DNA of 64,000 nucleotides, from IMG/VR virus record IMGVR_UViG_3300042901_002340; one strand, 5' to 3'. The stretch comes from a virus. Its lineage: Duplodnaviria; Heunggongvirae; Uroviricota; Caudoviricetes. This document shows, in pieces, positions 32,244-41,380 of this stretch. The notes beneath the pieces were generated by a model. That model was not told the origin of the DNA and ran no database searches. It worked only from the letters and a program-made list of their open reading frames with translations. Position 1 is the stretch's first letter. Each line of letters opens with the position of its first letter. The position numbers and the translations under genes were made by a program.

Positions 32244-34245
32244 TGATGAGACAAGGAAGAAAAAGTCCACAAAAAACCCCGGATAAGACCGGGGTTTTTA
32301 TTTTATTAATCCTCTGATTCGTATTCACACTCGAGTTCATCCAGTAATATTGGATGAACCTCATCAGCTTCAAAACCGCAACCTGTTGCAGTATCATATA
32401 CCATCATCTCCCAATCGTCAACGAGTGAATTTAGTTTTCTCTTGAATTGTTTGAATTGTTCTTCCGTTATAGTCTTATCTGTTTCAAAATCTATATTTAA
32501 AACTCCTGTTATTCTTGACATAATATTTTAATTTTGTATTTCTGATTGCCCTAGCATGGATCTAAGGTTTGTGTGAATCTCATTTACAAGATAACCTCTC
32601 GTATTATTTAATTCCCCCAGTCTTTCAACTAGTGAATTGGTACCTTCCCGTGTTTCTAATTCATCTGATTTACAGAGCTCATCTGTTGCATAATCCCCAT
32701 ATAGGTTCACCATCGATTTTTTCAATAATGCTAAGCAATCACCAAGAATAAGATTATGCTCATTTTGGATTTCTAGTAATCTTGTTAGATTGTTAGTTGC
32801 TGCTGCTTTCGTTGCTAATTTTTTTTCTTGCTCCATTTTTCTTAATTTATATTATTGAAAATTCACTTAATCTTTTGGTCAGGTAACTAATGTAATCTAG
32901 CAATTCCTGCTGATCTCTATAGATTTCCTCATCTCTGGTAATAAAGCTATTATCCTTTACACCTTTCTCCATACCTTCCTCTTTTCCATAGTCAATACTT
33001 ATACCTAGCCTCTCTGAAATACTGATTAGCTCTGCGCATATCTCTCTCGTTTTCTGAACATTATCTGATTTGATAGACAAACCTACCGACAATGGTGAAT
33101 CTGATATTATCATCCCTCTAGAACTTTCACCTGGCATTGCCCCGTAAATTTTTTCTTCTTTTTCGTACATAGTTTTTATTTTAATTATTTTAATATTTTT
33201 CCATTACCACTACCCATGTTGAACCAAATTCACCGTCATTTGCACCCTCAATCTCTTTTAATATCCAACCTTTTTTCATTTGGTCTTTAATATAGCGAGC
33301 AACATTACCAGAATTGGTTTCATAGGTAAAACTTTTTACTATAAAAACCTTAGGCTGTGCAGGTTTAACAGTCATTACAGAAACCGTTGTTGCTGATGTT
33401 AGAATAACCAATGCTACCCCAAGTAATACATAAAATACGTTTTTCATGATATTATTTATTAATTATTTAGTAGCATCTTTAAGTAAGTCATCACCCGATG
33501 GAATTTTGAAAGTTCCGGTTTCGTCAATTATGCAATCTACTTTTGCTGATCTATAGGTATCGGAAGGAAGCACAAAATTTAATTTCTGAAAAGTTTTACC
33601 ACTGAGAGTTACTATGTAGTGCTGCTTTGTGTAATAAAGAGGTAGAGAATTTGGTAGATTTTCTGCATCGATGAATGCAGCTACGTGGATTCTTTCCTCG
33701 AGATTAAATTCGTCAGCGTTACCAAAAAACCCGTTCAGTTTGTGATCGAACGTTTCGATATTTACGTGTCCAAGTTTAGCGAGCGTGTAATGCTCACCCA
33801 AATAGAGATTTGTTTCTCTACCGTCGGTTTCAATTGTTCTTAATGTGTACATGCTTAAAATTAGAATTGACCTATACATTCAAGGTTTTAGTGTATATGT
33901 GTATGTGTATATGTGTGTATTGGTATTATTATTGACCTGGTGATTCTGTTATTATATAACTATTAGACTGTGCCTCGTAGCTCTTAACTGATTGGTCAAC
34001 CAAAACGTTATCCCTAACTGATAATTGTATTGGTCTTAGATTCATGGGCACTTTAATGTGGTCATAGCCGTTATTTATATTATCTGTGTTATCCAGATCC
34101 TGAAACGATATATGTGCGAATGTACCCCTTTCCGTGGTCTCTATATTGAATACCTCGATGTTTGTTAGATTTCTCATTTATGTTTTATTTTTATATGTTT
34201 TATTTTTTGAAATGTTTCATTTATGCCATATTTCTTACATCTTCA

Positions 34246-34262
34246 CACCGTCGGCAACGGTG
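34246..34262. promoter_or_regulatory. Motif A palindrome, copy 11
   Basis: caccgtcggcaacggtg; terminator at 34290-34317. Confidence 0.8.
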
Positions 34263-34289
34263 TGAGAAATCACCGAATCAAAAACCCAC

Positions 34290-34317
34290 AAAAAAACCTG
34301 CTCAATGAGCAGGTTTT
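34290..34317 (-). terminator. terminator, near-copy of 35620-35653
   Basis: A7-cctgctc-aat-gagcagg-tttt. Confidence 0.85.
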
Positions 34318-34695
34318 AAATGTAATTTATTCTGTCCGTATAGGTCCCATCCTAACAACTATCCAATTACATTTTTCATATTATCTATTTTCTGGATTCA
34401 TCGCGTGATAATTAGCTATCACATATTTCTGGACCCTTTTGGATGCTTTCGAAGTTCCATTTAGCATTGCTTCGTAGGCTTCTTTAAACCACAAATCGAC
34501 ATATCTCAAATGTCTATATAATTCACGATGGATTGGATATGGCTGATTCGACCATCCGTTCCCGTCTTCTGATATGTACATGCCCTGTACTTCCTGCATA
34601 TCAGAACCGTCTTTTGTACTTCCTGTGTAAAATGCCATAATTATTTGTTTTAAAATTATAATGCAAATATACGAAAATTCCTATGAATAAAAAAA

Positions 34696-35577
34696 TTATT
34701 TTGTATCTTTTTCAAGCAGTTCAGATCTCCAATACGAACCGCACATTAGTTTTTCTTGATTCAGATAACGCTGCTGCCATGTATGTGAAACTTTATTAGT
34801 TTCTGTTATTGACTTGATACTATCCCATATCTTTATAAGCTCCCATTCTTGAGAATACTCATATCTCTTTTTGGATTGTCTATCCTTCTGTTTGTTTATT
34901 TCTTCCTCTGACTTTTTACCCCTACCCTCATCCAATGCTTTTTTCCTATTTGTCTTTACCCTCTCAATATATTCTAGATCTTCCCATAGTTCCTTAACTG
35001 AGGATGATATTTTATTCTTTGATTCTTCTGTTAGTTCACATAACTTATTTCCTTTCATAGCTTCTGCTCTTTCTTTTAGTCTTTCTGGTGAGTTTATCGT
35101 TTTAGCTAGAACTTCTCTTAAAGCATCCCTATTCTCCTGAACCTTATAGAATTCGATTTTTCTTTCTGAGATTCTTTTACCAGTTTCTGGTGGTCTTTTT
35201 CTACCAAGATGAGTCTTAGAGATTATAGCTTTCATTTCCGGTCTATTTTGAATTTCTTTCTGTCTAGACGATAAATTGTTCTTAAATTTTCTCATGTCCT
35301 CATCATTCGTAAAATTATAACCATCGCCCCCGGGGGATATATTATAACCTATCTTTTTATCCCTCGATTTTTCATTTTCTATCCAGTATTTTTCTCTCTC
35401 GTTTATATTGGAGGCTGTGCAATATTCCAAGATTTCTTTGGTGAAATTTTCGCTACCGTATTTTTTTATCGCTAGTCTTAGATATGTACCGGATCCTATG
35501 TAATTGGGGTTGTTGTTTGAATCCTTTCCGATGTATATCTTTCCGTTGATATTATTTGTTGTTTTATAGATTATCAT
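34696..35577 (-). CDS. GIY-YIG homing endonuclease (free-standing, Seg-like)
   Basis: IIYKTTNNINGKIYIG...YIGSG...AIKKYG.ENF.KEILE; basic NUMOD-like repeats; start revised after GATATATAG. Confidence 0.9.
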   Translation of the reverse strand: MIIYKTTNNINGKIYIGKDSNNNPNYIGSGTYLRLAIKKYGSENFTKEILEYCTASNINEREKYWIENEKSRDKKIGYNISPGGDGYNFTNDEDMRKFKNNLSSRQKEIQNRPEMKAIISKTHLGRKRPPETGKRISERKIEFYKVQENRDALREVLAKTINSPERLKERAEAMKGNKLCELTEESKNKISSSVKELWEDLEYIERVKTNRKKALDEGRGKKSEEEINKQKDRQSKKRYEYSQEWELIKIWDSIKSITETNKVSHTWQQRYLNQEKLMCGSYWRSELLEKDTK

Positions 35578-35619
35578 TGCTGGGTTTATTCTATATATCA
35601 TCCATTAATGGAATCCCAC

Positions 35620-35653
35620 AAAAAAACCTGCTCCGTGAGAAAGAGCAGGTTTT
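35620..35653 (-). terminator. terminator downstream of the DUF932 gene
   Basis: A7-cctgctc-loop-gagcagg-tttt. Confidence 0.85.
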
Positions 35654-35686
35654 AAAATCAACGTTATGCAGACCAAATACGTGTTG

Positions 35687-36826
35687 TTAATTCTTTTGCC
35701 AAACGGATCCGAATTTATTATCGATTGCTTCGAATGGGGATCTAACTTGGTTAGCCATATCAAAGCTTTTCTTAGCAAGTAATGCACCAGCTTCGTATTG
35801 GATTTTTCTGTTGTCGTAATCAGCAACTTTAAATCCTGTTTCATTACTTCCAAAGTGGCTCAAACCGTTTATTATGTTCCAAACAGAAACGCCAGTTCTA
35901 GCATTTTTCATTTGATCCTTACCCATAGTGAAGGTGTCAATTCTTGCATTGTGGAATGCCTCTTTAGTTGTTACTAAAGGAATCCAAGCTTCTAATTCTT
36001 TATGTTCAGCGTTTGAGTATCTTTTAAGCACGTCGTGTGCATTTTGAAGTTCCCAAAGAGAAGCATTAGTGTTCATCGCCAATCTAACCTTCTCGTCGAA
36101 TAAGGTTGGCCTGAAGCTTCTTGTTGCCATGTCATTTAATAGGGTCCAGAAGCTTTCCATTGTCTTAGCATCCATTTGTCCTAAGGAAATACTTTCGTTG
36201 AAAGCTGTTCCGATCATACCATTTGCGCAAACCAATCTGTACATAAACGGAGAAACTTTAAATCCAGCATCAGGACTGTTGGTAAATGACACACCACCAT
36301 AGTGATCCTCATTGGTTAAACCCTGTAATCCCCAAGCATTCTTAGGTGAAGAAGCGTTAACAATTACCCCTCCGTTATTACCAACTGAGAAGTTGTTTAC
36401 TTCTAAACCATACTTATCAATGATACGCGATGTTGTGTCAATAAAAGTTTGGTTGCTCACTAGATTTTTAGGATCTGCCTGCACGCTAACAACTCTTTTT
36501 GTTTCTGGGTTTAGAACCAGGGAAACTGTGGTTTTACCTTTAGCTTGAACTGCAACCTTTAGTCTATTAACTAGGGATTGTCTTGCCTTGTCTCCGAAAG
36601 CTTCAGAGAATGTTTTGTCGAAACCACTAGGTAAACCTATGATTTTACATAAACCTTTAAAAGCTGCATCCTCCATTGGGATGTTGCGATCTTGATATCT
36701 AAGCACGTTGCTCTTTACGATTTCAATCTCTTTTAAGCTTACCTCCTTACGAAGAGGTGATACTGCAATTGCTTCTTTAACCCTGGAGTCAAATACAGAC
36801 TGCGATAATGTTTCAAATCTACTCAT
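35687..36826 (-). CDS. DUF932-family protein
   Basis: YRLVCANGM signature; 379 aa; own early promoter. Confidence 0.7.
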   Translation of the reverse strand: MSRFETLSQSVFDSRVKEAIAVSPLRKEVSLKEIEIVKSNVLRYQDRNIPMEDAAFKGLCKIIGLPSGFDKTFSEAFGDKARQSLVNRLKVAVQAKGKTTVSLVLNPETKRVVSVQADPKNLVSNQTFIDTTSRIIDKYGLEVNNFSVGNNGGVIVNASSPKNAWGLQGLTNEDHYGGVSFTNSPDAGFKVSPFMYRLVCANGMIGTAFNESISLGQMDAKTMESFWTLLNDMATRSFRPTLFDEKVRLAMNTNASLWELQNAHDVLKRYSNAEHKELEAWIPLVTTKEAFHNARIDTFTMGKDQMKNARTGVSVWNIINGLSHFGSNETGFKVADYDNRKIQYEAGALLAKKSFDMANQVRSPFEAIDNKFGSVWQKN

Positions 36827-36957
36827 AATTTTCTTTTAATTTGTTTTTTAATTACCTTCCAAATATATTAAATTCCCTCGAATAAAAAAATAATTTTTAG
36901 GATATTTTATATATCTTTATTGATTATTTATACCATATTCGAGGGTATTGTTCCATA

Positions 36958-37977
36958 TTATATTGAACTATCTACTTCAGAATCCTCGTCTGTTGGATGA
37001 CGATTGGTACCGAACATATCATCGAAGCTCTTGTCCTCGCCTTCGAGTATTGCTCTTTCAGTCGCCAATGCTTCCCTTGCATTCTCATCGTTACTGAAAC
37101 GCTTGAGATCATATTGAACATCACCCTCTACGGATAATGTGTAGAACATACGCTTATTAACCGAACCTCTACGGTTCTTTTCAAACATCAGATAAGGTGA
37201 GCTGCTCTTTTGGTCCATTCTAATCTCAAGCATCCCAGTCGTATTATGTTTGAGCTTATTTGTACCCACAAACACACCCCCCTTGGTAACTTGTTGAATT
37301 GCAAGGAATGTTGTGTGTTTCTTGGCTTCGTTTTCAGCCATGTTATGGGATAGCATCATGTCGATAATAAGTTTCTCTGAACCGATTGTGGTCATACGGA
37401 GAACCTCCTTGATGTCCTCTTGCAGTTCCACAAAGGAGTCGATAAGTACAACATCATAGCCTGGTCTTAAGGCCTGTTCCAGAATTGTTCTTGGGTTGCT
37501 ATCGCAATATTCCCCAGTGAAAAGAATATCAACCTCACCAAATTTAGGGAATCTCTGTACGTATCCATATAAGTCGATACGTGACATTTCCGCAGAGATG
37601 AATAGCGTTTTATAACCAGCCAGATTTAGATCCGCCAGGATATCTAAAGTCACTGTGGTCTTACCTACACCTGGATCACCAACAACCATGAAGTTGCATG
37701 CCTTTGGTAATCCACCGTCATCGGTAAATAGGAAATCGACTGGCTTGTCAGTTTTCATAGGAATGAATAGATCTGGAGAGAAATTCTGATCCCTCATCTT
37801 TACCAATTCCAGGGGTCTTTCGATGTAATCAGGAGCTGGAGCATTTGGTTCCCCGATTGGTGGTAAACCTGCTTCCGCTCTTTTACGTGCTGCCGTTGCT
37901 CTTACTGCATCAGCGATTCTTTGTCTTGCTTCGTCGCTCATAGGCTTTTTAAGACCTGATGGTGGGATATACGCCAT
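36958..37977 (-). CDS. RadA/Sms-like RecA-family ATPase
   Basis: GDPGVGKTT Walker A, LFISAEMS, VVLIDS Walker B, KLKH and KNRRG motifs; no zinc finger or Lon-like domain seen; start revised to MAYIPP. Confidence 0.8.
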   Translation of the reverse strand: MAYIPPSGLKKPMSDEARQRIADAVRATAARKRAEAGLPPIGEPNAPAPDYIERPLELVKMRDQNFSPDLFIPMKTDKPVDFLFTDDGGLPKACNFMVVGDPGVGKTTVTLDILADLNLAGYKTLFISAEMSRIDLYGYVQRFPKFGEVDILFTGEYCDSNPRTILEQALRPGYDVVLIDSFVELQEDIKEVLRMTTIGSEKLIIDMMLSHNMAENEAKKHTTFLAIQQVTKGGVFVGTNKLKHNTTGMLEIRMDQKSSSPYLMFEKNRRGSVNKRMFYTLSVEGDVQYDLKRFSNDENAREALATERAILEGEDKSFDDMFGTNRHPTDEDSEVDSSI

Positions 37978-38037
37978 AATGATTTGTTTTATTGATTTAC
38001 TTTGCAAATATATGAAATTCCTTTTGAATAAAAAAAT

Positions 38038-38598
38038 TTATTTTGGAATTTTATTTTCCTCTTTTTCTAATATTTCCTTTAGTCTTCTTACATAAGTTGG
38101 ATCCTCTGCATAACTCTGTTGTAGATAATCAAAATACTCGGATTCCGTTTTTATATTACATAGATATGTTGAATAATAGAGTGCATAATCCAAAACTGAA
38201 TCCTCCCAGGTGTCGTAGAAGGCATGACTCCTATTTGTTCCCTTTGCAAGGTTTGCCCTTAATTTAGCCTCCTTCATCCCGAACATATTATTATTTTCTA
38301 GAAATATCGCGGAATTGAAGTTACCTGATTCCAGTTTTGCCTGAGCAAGAACTATGTTTGGAAATTTGAAGTTGAGGGACTTTATTTTTTCGATTAGCTT
38401 CTCCTCTGAGAAATCATTATCCCCATTGATTACTATAAGTCTCTCCTCTGGAGTTAAATGTTTGATGTCTGCTCTCGTGGATACAAAAAATCCTAGGACT
38501 AACGATAATGCAACGCTGAAGGTTAATGCTGCTATTAATTTTCTATGTGTGGTTGATTTCTCAAAATCTAAGATGTCCTTATTATATTTGTAATACAT
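38038..38598 (-). CDS. glucosaminidase-domain peptidoglycan hydrolase with N-terminal TM anchor
   Basis: LAQAKLESGNF......NNMFGMK motif. Confidence 0.8.
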   Translation of the reverse strand: MYYKYNKDILDFEKSTTHRKLIAALTFSVALSLVLGFFVSTRADIKHLTPEERLIVINGDNDFSEEKLIEKIKSLNFKFPNIVLAQAKLESGNFNSAIFLENNNMFGMKEAKLRANLAKGTNRSHAFYDTWEDSVLDYALYYSTYLCNIKTESEYFDYLQQSYAEDPTYVRRLKEILEKEENKIPK

Positions 38599-38625
38599 GG
38601 TTTTAGATTTGGTTAATACTAGTTT

Positions 38626-39030
38626 TTATTCCTGGAGTTTTTGATATTCGTTCCAGTTTTTAATTACTTGTTTTCTTCTTATTGGCTTTAAGCTGTCTAT
38701 TTGTTTTTTTGTTCCTATATCCTCCATTTCTATGGAGTTATATACTGTTGTCATCTTATAGTAGCTAGAATCCTTCGATGGCCAGGGTATACCCGCTTCA
38801 ATCCCAACCCTATGGAAGAAACAGTCCTTTGCAGTGGATAGCTCGATGTTCTGTGACGGTTCCTGTGAACATCCGGAGAATAAAACTATAAGACATAGAG
38901 AGGAGAGAGTTTTTCTAACCGTAGATTTTGCAGAATCCTTGCCCTTTCTATTATACTTCTTTTTGTTTTTGTGAGCAACCCCTCTGGTAGCTGCCCATCT
39001 TTCTTGGATGGAAACAATGATAGTTTGCAT
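38626..39030 (-). CDS. basic peptide fused to a lipoprotein-like domain (start revised to MQTII)
   Basis: HKNKKKYNRKGK followed by LIVLFSGC. Confidence 0.5.
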   Translation of the reverse strand: MQTIIVSIQERWAATRGVAHKNKKKYNRKGKDSAKSTVRKTLSSLCLIVLFSGCSQEPSQNIELSTAKDCFFHRVGIEAGIPWPSKDSSYYKMTTVYNSIEMEDIGTKKQIDSLKPIRRKQVIKNWNEYQKLQE

Positions 39031-40087
39031 GATTTTAGTTTTTATAGTTATAAATAATTTATGAACCGTTTTTAAACCAGTGGTATATTCCAGCATGGCA
39101 CAATGAATAAAATAAACCTTCAAGGGCATATTGCCACCAATAGTTAAATACCATGTGTTCAAGTCCATTGTGAACCCCTGCCCATCTTCCGAGGATCATT
39201 TGCAGCATCCCTGTGAAAATAAAAATAAACCACAAACGATACAAGGAGAAATATAGACTTAATGATTTTAGTTTTCCGATTGGTGTTTTCATATCTATTT
39301 ACAGGTTGGGAAATTCTGGTGAATATGTATTAGCACTGCTATTACACATATGAGGGAGAATACCATAGATATAACCATAGCGCCGAATGGTGTTAGCTTT
39401 TTCATTAGTCGGTCGGCATTAAGTTTTCATCCAGGTCTCTATCGTTCAGAAATCCCTTCATGGCATCGAGAGCTTCGTCCCCGCTAAGATGGTTGTTGAT
39501 AAGATAGTTAAGGATTTCCTCGTGGGAGTAATCCGCTTCCGTAGTTAGCTTCTGAAGTAAATCATAAGCATGTGTTCTGTTTGTTGCCATTGTGTTTTGA
39601 TTTTTAATTACAAGGCAAATATATGAAATCCTTTTTTAATAAAAAAATATTTGAAGGATTATTTTCCTATTTGTCCTTAATGGGGCTAGGTAGGATGTCA
39701 AATGAAGTCATGACATGGGGGTATAATCCGGCATATTCAAACCCAAATTTAACTTTATCAAATAATGTTCGATCCCCGGATAATGCTATCTGCCTAATAG
39801 TTTCAATATCGGTTACTGAATTGTCTGGCAGAACACGAATCTTTTCGGCGTCTATAGTTATCTCGTTTGTTAACTCCTTTGGTAATGAAAGTTCCACTAT
39901 TTTCTCAACTCTGAAGTTTGGTTTATAATCAGTGATAACCTCAACCTCAAAATCGTCGCCCTTTAGTCTAAGACAGCCAGGTTTGTGCTGTTTGTATTTA
40001 GTGAACTTACCAGCCACACAAACACCCGAAACAATGTCAATCATTTTGATGAAACAATTCCTTTTGTAGTTGTTCTCTATTGCTATT

Positions 40088-40432
40088 TTATATACGTTTT
40101 CGTTTATCATTATCTTCTAATTTTTTTATGCGGGAGAGTATTGTGTCTAATCTACTTTTACAAAGCTCACATCCTGCATAATGAACCCATTGATCTACTA
40201 TATGTGATTCACCATGCGATTGATATTCGTGGCCATCGGATCCTAGAAAAACATCAAACGCTTTTGCTGCATAGGAGTCGTCACTATCAACAGTAATCTT
40301 CTTTGGGTACTTAGGTTTAAGTGTATCCCCTGTTAGTATTTTATACCTGTCCTTTGATATAGTTACCGTTCCACTATTATCCTTACATGAAAGTAATAGC
40401 AAAGAAATCGATATTAATGCTAATTTTCTCAT
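40088..40432 (-). CDS. lipoprotein, paralogue of 43628..43948
   Basis: LLLSCKDN...TISKD.Y..L.GDTLK..YPK...LGSD.HEY...H...C.LCK. Confidence 0.7.
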   Translation of the reverse strand: MRKLALISISLLLLSCKDNSGTVTISKDRYKILTGDTLKPKYPKKITVDSDDSYAAKAFDVFLGSDGHEYQSHGESHIVDQWVHYAGCELCKSRLDTILSRIKKLEDNDKRKRI

Positions 40433-40897
40433 AGTTTTATTTTATTAATGTGGTTCTTCTAATATAAACCGAAGGTCTTCCACCCTGCATTTCCTCCTCT
40501 ACTATTCTATTTAGTCTCTCTTTTTCAGCTTTTTCGGCATCCGTTGTACAATAGATGTAATCTGTGTCTCTGGATAGCACCACGTATATTGTTTCCATTC
40601 CCATTTATTTTATTAGTCCCAGTGTTCTGGCTCTGTTCCACGTTTCTGTATAGTGTTCCATTTTTTCTTCACCACAATCTCTTAAAGCTCCTGAGATATA
40701 ATTTCCTGGTTCGTCACCATAAACTATAGCTGCTGAAGCCCAGCCAAATGCTTCATAGTCTCCCATGAAAATCCCAAGATCAAAGTTGTTTCCCTTAGAG
40801 TCAGTAAATGGACCAAGGTAAACACAATAGTTCCACATCCATTCTTTTGCTGATGGATAGAATAAATTGACCCCTGCTAGTAGATGTTTATTCATAT

Positions 40898-41314
40898 CTA
40901 TGTGTATATTAGTTCGCTTCCTTTTTCCCAATTGAATTCAGCAATCATGGGTTGGACGTTTTCATAAATGTCTCTACCCCCTTGTGATAGTGGAGTTTTG
41001 TGATCTATGGTAAATAGGTCTCCATCCGCGCTATAGAAGTTAAAGTGGTATGTGTCCTCGACCTTTGGATTTGGATGTTTTTGAATATCAAGTCTGCAAT
41101 ACTCTGCTTTAAGACCAGTAACTGGACAAGTAAGATTTCCATCTATCACTAATTTATACCAGTGAGCCTTTCTCCCCTTCATCACCTTGGATCTTCTTAT
41201 GTCCTTAGGCTCTGCATTGGAAAGAGTATCCATTATTGCTATGAAGTCGTCTATTGGTATCTCACCAGCAACAAAGTATTTTGGTTTATTGTCCGGGTTT
41301 ATATGCTTTCTCAT
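40898..41314 (-). CDS. HNH-like endonuclease
   Basis: TIDHKTPLSQGG.D...NVQPM...N motif. Confidence 0.65.
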   Translation of the reverse strand: MRKHINPDNKPKYFVAGEIPIDDFIAIMDTLSNAEPKDIRRSKVMKGRKAHWYKLVIDGNLTCPVTGLKAEYCRLDIQKHPNPKVEDTYHFNFYSADGDLFTIDHKTPLSQGGRDIYENVQPMIAEFNWEKGSELIYT

Positions 41315-41380
41315 TGTCATTGATTTGATATGCAAATATAAAAAAATCCTTTCAAATAAAAAAATATTTGAAAGGATTTT

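Noticed and set aside
29989-41335. Track starts such as MHIKS..., MPCNQ..., MLYLH... and MQSKS...
   Set aside because: These TTG or ATG codons fall within the promoter motif itself; starts were moved to the next ATG.
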